Source of the DNA: Eledone cirrhosa
Taxonomy: Eukaryota
Assembly: GCA_964016885.1 (NCBI GenBank)
Contig: OZ024740.1
Coordinates: 376,464,001-376,528,000 of the forward strand
Direction of reading: 5' to 3'
DNA length: 64,000 bases
The translations under genes and the position numbers were made by a program. Numbering within the stretch: position 1 is the stretch's first letter; each line of letters begins with the position of its first letter. The notes beneath the pieces are model-generated. The model was not told the DNA's origin. It saw only the letters and a list, made by a program, of their open reading frames with translations, and ran no database searches. This document shows, piece after piece, positions 44,411 to 57,900 of this stretch.

Positions 44411-45047
44411 ATATATATATATATTTATATATATTTGTATGTGCATTTGGTGTATAAATTCGTATACAGGCGTTTGCGTGGGGTCTCTATGTGCGTGCGT
44501 GTTTTTTTGGTTTTTGTTTTTTTTTTGTATACGTGCGTTTATTTGTATACCTGTTGTGGCGAGTGTTATCGCGTATGCTTGTGTATGTACGTATATGGAT
44601 ACGTGTATGTATTTATTTAATTTCAATTACCTCTGTATTTTATTTACTTTATTCTTAAATCTGAAGCCGACAATCATTCGGTTTCGTAGTTAGAATTTTA
44701 GTCTACGACTTCAGTCATACCATTTACGTGGTTCTGTCTTTGCGTGCAATTATTCTCCCTCTCCACATATGACGTATTATCTTCGTTTTTTTTCGTTCAT
44801 TGCCAGAGAACGTCTCTATGAACCACCTAATAGAATATTAGTCTACGACCTCTGTTATACCATAAACGTGGTTTTATCTTTGCGTGTAATTGTTTTTCAG
44901 CGCTCCATATAATGACGTATTTTATTCGTTTTTTCCCGTTCTTTGCCAGGGAACGTTTCCACGAACCAAAGTATCGTCTTCCAGTCTTCCTCCGGTTGCA
45001 ACGTTTTTTTTAAATATTCACTTCTGCGTTCACAGATTGACGTTGTT

Positions 45048-45098
45048 AGTTTCAGAAGATCCCGTTAAGGGTGAAAGCAGCGATTCTTTGCTTAAACT
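45048..45098 (+). ncRNA. Candidate hammerhead variant (CAGAAGA core)
   Basis: AGTTT-CAGAAGA-T-CCC..GGG-T-GAAAGCA..TGCTT-AAACT; degraded homologue at 43230-43290. Confidence 0.5.
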
Positions 45099-45263
45099 TT
45101 AATCTGTTATTTTAATAAATACAGGACTGAAAGTGTTTTTATGGTTTTGATACGTCAATACCAATATCATAATTTGCTCTACGGTTCTTATATATTTGAT
45201 ATATATTTATCCTTATCGAGCCCTCTTTGGATTTTAGTCTTCAAATGGATTATTATTACTATA

Positions 45264-45445
45264 TTGGCAGTATCGGTAGAGGGTCGGACGCCATGCTTTC
45301 CAGCATAGTTACGTCCCTTTACGATCTGATTTTAAATCCCGCCAAGGTTGACTTTGCCTTTCATCCTTACGGGGTCGATAAAATAAAAGTACCAGTAATG
45401 CACTGGGTAATTACTGGCCTTGTCACTAAAGTAGAAACAATTACT
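45264..45445 (+). mobile_element. tRNA-derived SINE, second copy
   Basis: Reverse-complement homologue of 38445-38628. Confidence 0.8.
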
Positions 45446-45613
45446 ATATAAATATATATGTACAGAATTGTTACTGACCTTTATTTTTACTGTGCATTCC
45501 CGGCAAATTTACTTTTATTTCATTTTCTGAATATTTATTCTGTATTCATAAACTTACATTAATTTATGTTTTGTTGAGCATATCGTTAACATACCTTATT
45601 TTGTACTATTTTC

Positions 45614-45644
<31 letters not shown>

Positions 45645-45686
45645 CTATACAGTTACACATTTATACAGTTATACAGTTATACATAC

Positions 45687-45740
<54 letters not shown>

Positions 45741-45853
45741 ATATGTATATATATGTATATATATATATGTATATATATGTATATATATGTATATATATGT
45801 ATATATATATATGTATATATATATATGTGTGTGTGTGTATGTATAACTGTATA

Positions 45854-45897
<44 letters not shown>

Positions 45898-45950
45898 GTA
45901 TATATAACTGTATAGTATATATGTATATATATGTATGTATAATTGTATAG

Positions 45951-45983
<33 letters not shown>

Positions 45984-46193
45984 ACATATATATATATATA
46001 TATACTATACAATTATACATACATATATATATATACATATATACTATACAGTTATACATACATACACGCACACATATATATACTTATATATATATATTAA
46101 GTGTATTGAGTTCAAAACTCAAGCATTCCTTTACAATGAAAATAGCTCAAAGAAAAAATATTTCTGAGGCGTGTAATAAATATAAATTAATAT

Positions 46194-46258
<65 letters not shown>

Positions 46259-46346
46259 ATATATATATATATAAATTAATATATATATATATACATATAT
46301 ATACATATATATATATACATATCTATACATATATATATACGTATAT

Positions 46347-46421
<75 letters not shown>

Positions 46422-46810
46422 CATGTATGTATAGCTGTATAGTGTATATGTATTCATGTATGTATAACTGTATAGTATACATATATATATATTCATGTAT
46501 CTAAGTTACCATTTAATGGTGTGAAATTCGGTTACGTACTTACCATTTAAAGCGTTCATGTTTCATTTATAAAAATTGGAACTAATCTGACTACTATTAT
46601 ACAGGACTGAAAGTGCTTTTATGGCTTTAATACGTCAATACCAATATCATAATTTGTAGAAAATTTATTATACTGAAAAATATCAATACGCCAATCAGAA
46701 ATGCGTTAAAGCATAAATGGCAATTGCTCCATTAATAAGGCTGAAAAAGTACATTACCCGTGTCTTACTGTATTGGGTGAGATACCATTATTAATATCGG
46801 AAATCTATGC

Positions 46811-46870
<60 letters not shown>

Positions 46871-49189
46871 CGCGCGGCGCTCGCACACACATATGCGCAC
46901 AGCCAACATATATATGTATATAGTTAGGTTTTCGAGAGTATAGATAACCATGGTAAAAGCAATATTTATTACCCTATGCGATTACTTCGTTTACGAGTAG
47001 AATTGGAAATACTGCGTAATCCAGTGATTATTCATATACGTTCCGGTTTTTAGCCAGTGAATTGTAGCATGTACTTGCATAGTATAACAATATAAGCTAT
47101 GCACCATTCAACGTACCATCCTTTTCTGTAAATCTCATGCTTGCAGCTATGGTATTATGTATATGGAGTTATGCATAGATAATTGTATGAGTAGCTATAA
47201 CTGAACTCAAAATGTTCAACAGACCATAAACCAGAATATGTGTGCCGTTATATATCCCAGAGACATTTAAATATATATCATGTAATTAAATATATATATA
47301 AATAATGACTGAAATTGGGTGAGGAATAAGGAAGTAATGGTGGAATCGAAAGATAGAGGGGGAAAGAAAAACCATGGTGCATGAGAAACGAGGGAAAATA
47401 TTGTACGCTGTATTATTTTAACGTTGTCTACAGGAGACTCACTATAGTAATTGGTATATACGTCTCGACTCGAAGTCGAGATTTAAAAATACAACTAATA
47501 ATAAAGCTACAAAAATTCAAAAATACGACGATAAACTTGAGAAAAATAAATCTATGGTTAAATAAATGTTTAAAAAATGAAAGGATAAAAATAGATGGTA
47601 AAGATAATATAAATGCAGATGCTCCAAAGTACTATTGAGAACTAAATATTGTTAATTATTTTACATGGTGTGTGTCATAAAACGCATCTACCTTGTCACA
47701 GAGATACCTTCTCCTTTGTTTTCCAGCAACCGACTTTGGAAATAATAACATGGCAACGCATTTGCTGGTCCAAGACGATCTAACGTGCCACAAATATCGT
47801 TAGAATAAGTCCTGTACGTTCGATGTAAATAAGAGACAATACATGTATAACAATTTAAAAATTTTGCTTAAATATATTTTTTAATATGTTGAAAATGTTA
47901 AACGATCTTAAAGTAATACACAAATGAATAGATATGCCTGTGACGAGTTAAACGTGCTGTATATTTCCCAGCTTATATAATTAACAAGACAATTTACTTC
48001 TCAATCGTTCTTTGGGTTAACGATGTTTATGAATTTTTGTACCAACATTTTTCACTATTTTTATTTCATATTTTTGTTGTAGCCTCTATTTTTCTGTATT
48101 TCCTTTTAATAATTTAATTCTATTACTTTTTTCGTTGTCCTTTGATATCACTTGTATATAATTGCAATAGCGTGTTTCATTTTCCAAACTTTTTATAGTT
48201 TTGCAAACTTTTTATAAGATTAATGAGAATTTTATTTCCTGGTCCATATTATCGAATATACCTTTCTCGACGAAAAACCCTGACGTAATGCATCTATTAA
48301 AATCATTGAAATGTTGCGTAATTACGTAAATTCTACCTTTGTCGATGTTTTCATTCAATACGTATTAATATAATCGTGCATGAATCTAATATTTCGCTGG
48401 ATTATTTCAATCGTATATAATTGTCTATGAAATATTTGTGGTCTTGTTCCATTGTGAGATATCAATAACTATCATTAAGTTTATCTATCTTAAATAAATG
48501 TTCGGTAACTTATTATATTGTGCTGTCTTGTAATATACGCTTGACTCACAATAAATTTTTCATAATATCCTTGAGGAGCTAGGCGAAGAAATTTTATGTG
48601 GAATGAAAAGCGACATTCAATTTTAAAGCTTGTGACCAATGGCAGTAAAATTCGCTATACTTCAGGCAATTTCCTAGGGAATTGTTCGAGCGTCATAAAT
48701 CAGTGATTTAATATTCATTTTCTTTGACATTATATCTTTGAATATCATCTCCCTTCCTGTTATACCATATTTATATACTATATTTATGTTTATTTCTCAT
48801 AGATTCAATTCTTTTTATGAAATATATACTGTAAGACCCATTACCTTCATCCCTGTGCCCTTTTCTGCCCTCTCTCTATCTATCTCACTGTTTATTTTAT
48901 AATGAAAAGCGTCTGACATGTGACGACCACTTTGTGTAACCGGATGTCGTAAGTGCACAAGTGCTGCTTGTGGGTAATGCCAGCGTAAATATATTTTTTT
49001 ACCGGTACCTCATATTTACATGTGCAGGACGACAGACATGTTTATATACTTACAAACTTACCCACAAATGTGTATATATGATGATATACATATATATATT
49101 TATAGAGATATTCGTAGATGTTGGAGTTCGGGAAATAAAAAAAAAACGGCAGTCTATCTATGCATCAATATGATACTATATATATATAT

Positions 49190-49812
49190 ATGGAATCTAG
49201 AAAAGTAACAAACGAGTTGATATATATAAACAAATAGTAAAAAGAAAAAACAGGTTTTTCAGTAGAAAATGCTGGAAAGATTTTTTCAATGTAATATCAA
49301 TTATTTATAAAGTGGGTATTTCCGCATTTAATAATGGTACCGATTTCAGTATTATATGTTTTTTCAACTGCGGATGTGCCAAATGCAGTTAAGTTGAATA
49401 TCAATATGTATAATAAAAAGAGGAAGAACAATTATTAGTTTTTACATACATATTTACAGAGGAAAGTTCATACCTCTGTCTGTGGTTGTCCTTCGTTCTC
49501 TGTTAGTTGGCTAAAAGTAGTAGTTAGCCAACTAAAAGAGAACGAAGGACAACCACAGACTGAGGTATGAACTTTCCTCTGTAAATATGTATGTAAAAAC
49601 TAATAATTGTTCTTCCTCTTTTTATTATACATATTGATATTCAACTTAACTGCATTTGGCACATCCCCAGTTGAAATATAATATAATGCTGAAACCGATA
49701 CCATTATTAAATGTGGAAATACCCACTTTATGAATATAGGTTTCATATTATATTGAAAATATCTCTCCAGCTTTTTCTACTGAAAAAAATGTGTTTTCCC
49801 TTTTTACTATTT

Positions 49813-49817
<5 letters not shown>
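49190..49817. repeat. About 600-bp near-perfect palindrome between (TA)n tracts
   Basis: Arms 49225-49514 / 49523-49817; about 30-nt extra on the left. Confidence 0.88.
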
Positions 49818-49863
<46 letters not shown>

Positions 49864-50022
49864 GTGTGTGTGAGTGTGTGTGTATGTATGTGTGCGTGCG
49901 CGCGTGTGTGTATGTGTCAGTTTGGTTTAGCTGTCGAAACCGCCGGAGCTCAGGCGTCAGGGTCCTGACGTTTTTCCTCTACAGATATATATATGTATAT
50001 ATATATATATGTATATATATAT

Positions 50023-50057
<35 letters not shown>

Positions 50058-50062
<5 letters not shown>

Positions 50063-50405
50063 AAAAAGGGATGAAATCGAAAATGCAACTGAAGTCTTAT
50101 TTTTTTAAAAATATATATATTTATTTGGTTCCTTTACCGGTTTCGCAGTTCTTCTGCTTTTCAAAAGGTGAGTTGAGATGGAGGGTCTGTGGTTTTTCAC
50201 AGATGTGAGAAAAACCACAGACCCTCCATCTCAACTCACCTTTTGAAAAGCAGAAGAACTGTGAAACCGGTAAAGGAACCAAATAAATATATATATTTTA
50301 AAAAAAATAAGACTTCAGTTGCATTTTCGATTTCATCCCTTTTTCTTTATACTTCCACTCGTGTAGGACACCTCGGTTATTTTTCATTTTGTAAAAAAAC
50401 CTCAC

Positions 50406-50411
<6 letters not shown>
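50058..50411. mobile_element. Palindromic mini-element with a U3-A8 hammerhead in each arm
   Basis: Centre near 50203; CCTT-TTGAAAA-GCAG..CTGT-GAAA-CCGG-TA-AAGG at 50239-50276; right-hand tail 50352-50411. Confidence 0.82.
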
Positions 50412-50453
<42 letters not shown>

Positions 50454-50457
<4 letters not shown>

Positions 50458-53021
50458 GTTTGGAGCTAGAAGGCCAGAACAATGCAGGTATGGATATAGA
50501 ATAGAAATACAAAAGCAAAAGATATTGCTGACAATTAGTCTGTTACCTTAAATTTATTTGAATATCCTTAATTTTCGAGATAATATCTCTCTTCGGAGGG
50601 AAGTAAAGGGGTTAATCCAGTGTTCTAATTAGCTTGCCAAGTTATGCTGACAGGAAATATTATAGAAATTCCTGTCTATTATTTATAATGTCAAAGAGTA
50701 AAGGTTAGGTGGATAAAGTGTTGTCTCTCTTTGAAAGAGTTTGGACATGTATGTCTATGTTTGTGTGGGAGAATACGTGAAGGTGTAAGCATGCGTGTGG
50801 GTGTGCGTGTGTGTGAGTGTGAGTGTGAGAGGATATGTTTATATGTAAATGTGGGAGCTAGATGCTCTATCATGTTAAAACTGGTCTGTGTGTGTGTATG
50901 TGTGCGTGTGAGAAGAATTGAAGGTGTAAGCGTGCGTGTGTGTGTGTGTGCGTGTGTGTGTGTGTGTGTGAGATGGTACGTGGAGGTGTAAGTGTGGGGC
51001 TAGGTGCTCTCTCATGTTAAACATTGGGTGTTGAGTTCTAGTCTGTTATTGATTGGTGGTTGCGTTTTGTCTATAATTAGGGCTTATTTAATTCTAAGAT
51101 TGCCGAGGTTTCTTTCCTTAGCTTCTATCCTAACTATTATGTTTTTGTCGGTGTTTTTTTTATTCCACTAGGTGTTTCTTAAATGAGGAGGCGTAAGTGT
51201 TGAGGTGTTCTTTTATTCTAATGTGTAGTGGTCTGGTGGTGCTACCTATGTAGATATTGCTGCATTTGTCGCACTCTAATCTGTATACGACGTAAGCCTG
51301 GTGGCATAGGTCTGTGTCGTCGATGGAGCAGTTGGCTAGCCTGCAGCGGCTGTCGTGTGTGGTGGAGTGTTTTTGGTTAGCTGTTCGTGAAGAGAAGGTC
51401 CTGAGTGGGCTAGCTGGATATCTAGTCCCTCTCGTCTGATAGCCCTGCGGATGGCTGTTGTTGTTTCGTCACTGAAATGTGGGAGCAGGTGTTAGTGCCT
51501 GGGGTGTGGTGTCCTCTTTTGTTTCTGGAACCTTTCGCGGTGGACGTCGGGTATATGTTCAGTTGAAGTACTTCCAGGAAATGTGTGGTGTTTGTGTCCC
51601 TGTTTCTTGCGTCGGAGCATTTGTACCGGATACCTGTAGTTCGTTTCTTACGTATCCGAACTTAGTGCTGACTGGGAGGGCTGATCTGAAATGTACGAAC
51701 AGGTCTCTGCTGCCGGCTTCTTCATAGAAGCAGGTGTGGATGTCGCCTTCCTCTGTTACCCTGAGTTGGAAGTTCAATAGGGATAGGGATCCACGATCAT
51801 CGGGGTGTTCCATGCTGAACTTTATATTGGCGTCCATGCTGGAGAATGTCATGTATATTTTATCCGCTTCTTCACTGGATGATGTAAGGATGAGTAAGTC
51901 ATCTACATATCGGGTGAAGAGGTATAGGAATGACAGGTGTTGAGGGCTCGGCATTCCAGCTGGTTCATATAAGTGATGGCCAGCAGGCCCGATAGACTGG
52001 ATCCCATGGGTAATCCTGTTGTCTGTCTGTATGTGTGGTGGTGGAAGGTGAAGTACGTGTTGTCTACTGTGAAGGACAAAAGCTGGTGTATGTCCGTCGG
52101 ATGGAGGCCGTAGCAGTGGACATCTACTGCTACCATGCAGTCCGTCAATAAATCGACAGCTGGATGAGCGGGGACTGTAGTGTAGAGGGAGACAACGTCG
52201 ATGCTAAATGTATATCTATTTAGTTTAAGTTGTTCTGGATGGAGTTGGTGTAGTCTACGTATTACCTCGTCGGAGCTACTGACATGCCCGGGAAAGCTGG
52301 GGAGTAGAGGCTTGAGGACCTGGGAGAGGAGCCAGGAGATTTTGTATAGGGGCCCTTCTATGCTAGAGACGATGGGTCTTATTTGTGTCTTAGTACTATT
52401 TTTGTGGGTCTTGATGAGGTGATAGAAAGTGGGCATTCTGTTATTTTTAGTGGTTTAATTGAACTTAAATTTATTTTGGAGTTGTCTTCTACTACAGATG
52501 TCGAACCAGATGGAGTTGGCCTGTTTTCGATATGGGCTGCAGTAATGTCCGGGACCTCTCTGTACAGTTCGTTTTCGCTTAAGTGTTCAAAGGCTAGGTT
52601 TTGTATGTGGCTTGAGAGATGACCAAAAACTCGTTACATTTGTCGGATGGTAAATATATGAGTTCTCCCGCACACACTTAGACATACATGTCCAAACCCT
52701 TTCAAAGGGAGACAACCCTTTATCCACCTAACCTTCACTCTTTGACATTAGAAATAGAATGGAATATCTATACTATTTCCTGTCAACATGACTTGGCAAG
52801 CTAATTATAACACTGGATTCACCCCTTTACTTCCCTCCGAAGAAGAGATATTATCTCGAAAATTAAGGATATTCAAATAAATTTAAGGTAAAAGACTAAT
52901 TATCAGCAATATCTTTTGCATTTGTATTTATATTATATATCCATTCCTGCATTGTTCTGGCCTTCTAACTCCAAACGATTATACCTCACTACGCAATGTT
53001 TCATGTAAACTACAATTTCCT

Positions 53022-53024
<3 letters not shown>
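50454..53024 (-). mobile_element. Penelope-like element family F (related to B), decayed, with inverted pLTR 52670-53024
   Basis: Minus RT fragments QIRPIVSSIEGP, SIDVVSLYTTVP, GLPMGSSLS, RYVDD; GIY-YIG remnant near 51050-51300; hammerhead CCT-CCGAAGA-(A)GAGA..TCTC-GAAA-AT-TA-AGG at 52834-52868 and mirror at 50566-50599. Confidence 0.9.
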
Positions 53025-53090
<66 letters not shown>

Positions 53091-53540
53091 CTTAACTGTA
53101 AAAACAATGTTGATACTTCAAATCATTTAGTTAACATCTACGCACGTTTCAATTTTAATACAATCAGGTAACATTAAAGTATCCTCCTCAGGACATCAAT
53201 ATAAGAACTGGAAAATGTAAGTCACAAAGAAAAGCAACAAGCCATGGTCAATAACCTATGGATATTCAAGGTTTTTTTCCCCAAAACAAGTATCATCTTA
53301 GATTTTTAAACTTTAGTTCACTTGAATGAATTAAAATTATTATGGTGTATATTTTTTCCATAAGCAATTCATTGAGCCTTCTCGCATTTATTAAGGAACG
53401 ACTGATATAGCCATTCCTATACGTCTCCTATTTGATGGTATGGAACCAACACACTGAATTGTCGTTAAACCCATTGTAAAATTTGGAATGGAAAATTTCC
53501 GAATAAATTGTTGTAAAAACCCATTTTGCATACCTATTAT

Positions 53541-53577
<37 letters not shown>

Positions 53578-53579
<2 letters not shown>

Positions 53580-53760
53580 CAAGGGAAGTGAGGTAAAAGA
53601 AACCAGGTGAACCATAGTGCGCCAGGGTACTCGATACTTAGGGTAGTAGAGTGGATAATAGGAAAAGAGTCAGGACCCCGACGGCTGAGCTCCAGCCGTA
53701 TCGACAGCTAGATCTAGCTGTCGAAACGACCTGACCTTTGCCGTCTAGGTCCTGACTCGA
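53578..53760. mobile_element. Mini fold-back related to the family D 3' end
   Basis: Minus-strand homology to 29145-29273; hairpin centred on TAGATCTA (about 53709-53716). Confidence 0.7.
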
Positions 53761-54001
53761 AGAAACACAGTGCATTTTCGTCAAACCCATTGAAAAATAT
53801 GGAAGTGAAACTTTCCGAATGGGAACCTTATAGGCACCTGTTTTACGTGTGTTGGGTTGAACCAAATAACTTTGTGTATACTCTGGGAATGTATCTTACA
53901 TTGCCCATGGAGTGCGGTGAGATACAACCGGTACTGGCATTGATAAGTATGCTGAGTCCGTCAACCCTTACTTATTATATATATATATATATATATAATA
54001 A

Positions 54002-54050
<49 letters not shown>

Positions 54051-54949
54051 GGGAAGAAGACGCACGAGGTGGCGGAGGTCATGAAATCACTCCCGTAAGT
54101 TTTGAATTTTTAACATATTTAAATCATTTGTGAAATAACAACTCTTAGTACAAATGCTACGTAAAGCACCCGGCTTGAGTCCCAAAAAATTCGGACCCAA
54201 AATATATTGTTATAAGGCTCAAATATTCAAATATTCAACTTTGTATTGTACACTGTATATCCAAAAAAGAAAATGGCTATAAATGGAAGAAGAACCCCCC
54301 CCCCCCCTCCTCTCCTCTGTCTACACTATATAGAACAGCCAAACTCACCAACACCAGAAACTAGATACACCACCCACCCCATCACCTGTGTACACTAAAC
54401 ACAACAGCCAGATAACGGCATTTTCACCACCACCGCTCACTACGGCCATCATTACCACCATTATCCCATCACCGCCGCCACCACCCCTTCACTCCTTCAC
54501 TGCTACCACCGCTACAGCACCATCACTACAGTAATACGGTCACATCACCGCCACCACTGCCTCGGTATCGACATCACCACCACCACTGTCTCAGTATCGC
54601 TACCGCCGCCAATCTCCCACTTCCACCAGCTGGCTGCTGCCACCACATTATAGAATCCCTACTGCTAAAAAAGAGGAAGGCATCAAAATATATAGATAGA
54701 CTCAAAAGAAAAAAGAAAAAACAAACAACAAAACCAAAGCAGCACAGCAACAACAGCAAAAAACGAGAAAAACAAACAGAGAAAAACAAAAACAAAAACA
54801 AAAAAAAACCCCAAAACGTAAAGAAAATAAGAATGAAGAGAGAAGCAGGCGGACGGACAGAGAAGAGGGGGGGAACTAAAACTTAAAAAACAAAAACTAA
54901 GTCAGACATTCGAACACTACATTACAATGAAACTTATGCTTATTCATTT

Positions 54950-57900
54950 TTGGGGCCCTTTCTGCCTGTGTGTTTGTTTGTTTATGTGTGTTCGTATACA
55001 GCGTGGTGATAATGCCACACAAGGGCCAAGTGGAATGGCGGATCCACAGACGGCTATGTAACCATACATTCGCCAATCCTCGATAAGAGTGTTTAAATAT
55101 CGAACATAAACAGTTCGAATAACGGTGAAATGGAGACTAGAACGTCATGTGACAGACTCTCACCCAACAGGTGCCCCCTGGCTCAGCAGCAGGAACCTGA
55201 CTGTCAACCAAATACTGCTGATGTTGGAGGAAGGAGAAGAAGGAAAGGGGCCAGAACCAACTGGACGAAAGAATTGAATAGAACTGTTATGCAATGTTAC
55301 CTGAAAAGTAACCCCAAGGAGAGGGGCTATAACATCTGGAACGAGAATGGTTTATTTAAATTAGATGAACAAAAATTGGCCGGGCAGGCTCGGGTAATAA
55401 GAACTAATAGGTGGATAAGCGAGCTGGAACTGGAGGAACTGAGCAGAGAGAATGGCTTGGAGATGGCGGGTGTAGTATGCCAGACAAGCGAGCCAGTGGG
55501 AAATGAAGGTGAAGAGGTCCTGAGAACGGAGGAACCACCCGAAGCAGACAATGATCTGAATACTGAGATAAATAATACCTGGAACAGAGATACGGCCACT
55601 GAGGAGATGAATGCTGACGGGCTAGGACAAGATTCGGTTGACATCCTAAATTTAGTGGTAGATGAATTGAACAATGATAGTGGGAGACCTATGAACCTAA
55701 GATATGTAGACAGGAAAAAGTTAAAAGAAACAACAGCTAAGGTAAACAAAGTCATCCCATACCTTGAGGCGAGGAGCCTTCACCAGTGCAACAATATCCT
55801 CAAAGCAACAGCAAATACGGTGAGGAAACTACTTGGTATAAAAGCGAGAGGAAACAACAGACAAGAAAGAGCAGAGCCGTGGTGGAAGAAGCGACTGAGT
55901 GGGCAAATCGGGGAAATGAGAAATGACAAAGGAAAGCTTGAGTCACTACTGAATGGGACACTAAAAAACATAGGCACTAAAAATAGACTGGAAATAAAAT
56001 ACAAAACTAGGAGGAAAAAGCTAAATATTATCATAGAGGAACTGAAGCAACGCATGGTAGCAAAGAGTGCAAAAATCAGGCGATACGAGAACAGAGTCAG
56101 TCAGTCTAAACAGAACCGCATGTTCGACAACAACCAGAAGATGCTGTTTGGACAGCTTGAGGGGAAAGAAAGAGGCAACGACTTGATCCCTGGGGCGGAG
56201 CAAACTAAATCATTCTGGAGAGGAATATGGGAACAGGATGTTAGACATAATGTCCAGGCAGGGTGGATTGAGACAGTACAGAGGGAAATCGGTGAGCAGG
56301 CACAACAACAAACTGATTTGAGTATCACAGTTGAAACTCTTAAGGGGCAGGCCAAAAAACTAACCAACTGGAAATCACCAGGCCCAGATGGTGTGCAGGG
56401 GGTATTGGATTAAACATTTAACATCCCTCCACCCGAAGCTGACGGCCATGTTCAATGACTGCTTGGTGTCGGGTGAGGTGCCAGAGTGGTTGACAAAAGG
56501 TACCACAGTTCTGATAATGAAAGACCGAATCAAGGGTAATGATGTTACCAACTATAGACCTATCACATGCCTGTCCGTAATGTGGAAACTGTTGACGAGC
56601 ATTGTGTCTGAGAAAATCTACCATCACCTCCACACAAACAACTTGTTACCGGACGAACAGAAAGGATGCCGAAAGAAGTCACGTGGTACAAAGGACCAGT
56701 TACTTATTGATAAGATGGTAATGGGGAATTGCAGGAGGAGACACACTGATCTTGCCATGGGATGGATAGACTACAGAAAGGCATTTGACATGGTGCCTCA
56801 TTCTTGGATCACCAAAAGCCTGGAGATCTTCAGAGTGGCAGATAACATCAGACAGTTGCTAGGCAGGAGTATGGGGCCCTGGGAGACAGAGTTGACATCA
56901 ACTGGAGTATCCTTGGGAAGCGTGAAGATCAAGAGAGGTATCTTCCAGGGAGATAGCCTGTCCCCTCTGTTGTTTGTCCTTGCCCTGATGCCCTTGACCA
57001 TTATGCTGCGAAAAGTGAGAGCAGGATACAAGTTGGGAAGGGGAGAGCTTACCATCAATCACCTCCTCTTCATGGACGATCTTAAGCTCTTCGGGAAAAG
57101 TGAGAAGGAGTTGGATGTGCTTGTTGACACTGTCCGTATTTTCAGCAGTGATATATGTATGCAGTTTGGTATTGGTAAATGTGGAGTCATTGTGATTGTG
57201 ATGAGGAGGGGTAGGTTGAGCAGAAGTAACGGGATCCAGATACCAACAGGTGAATGATAAAGGAAATTGACGCTGAGGAAGGATACAAGTATTTGGGCGT
57301 TCTGGAGGCTGATGGCATAAAGAACAAAAAAATGAAGGAATTGTTAAGAACTGAATACATTCAGAGAGTAAGGAGTGTATTGAAATCACATCTGAACAGC
57401 AGAAATGCCATAAGCGCAGTAAATTCCCGAGCTGTGTCTATTATTAGGTACAGTTCGGGAATTCTGAGATGCAATGTTGCTGAACAAAAAGAAATGGATA
57501 GGAAGACTAGGAAGCTATTGACTATCTACAACATGTTCCACAAGAGGAGTGATGTCGATAGACTCTACCTAAGGAGATCTGAGGGTGGAAGAGGTCTTAT
57601 CAGCATAGAGGACTGTGTTCAGATGGAGAAAAACAACCTATACAAATACGTGACCTATAGTAAGGAGCCAATGCTCAGAACTGTACTGAAGGAGGGGACA
57701 GTAGGCCAGGGGATATCCAAGGAGGAAATAACATCAAGGAGGAAGAGCAGCCTTAAGGGAAAATCCCTTCATAGTACCTTCTTTGAGAAAACTGAATTTA
57801 GAGATCCACAGACATGGAACTGGTTGAGAAGAGGAGACCTCAAAAAGGCTACAGAAGGAATGCTAATGGCTGCGCAGGACCAGGCCCTCAAAACGAAGTG

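Noticed and set aside
54950-55130. HDV-like ribozyme in the R4/Dong 5' UTR
   Set aside because: Helices (GGCCCTT/AAGGGCC) and a TCCTCG motif exist, but the P1/P3/P1.1 nested pseudoknot could not be assembled by eye.
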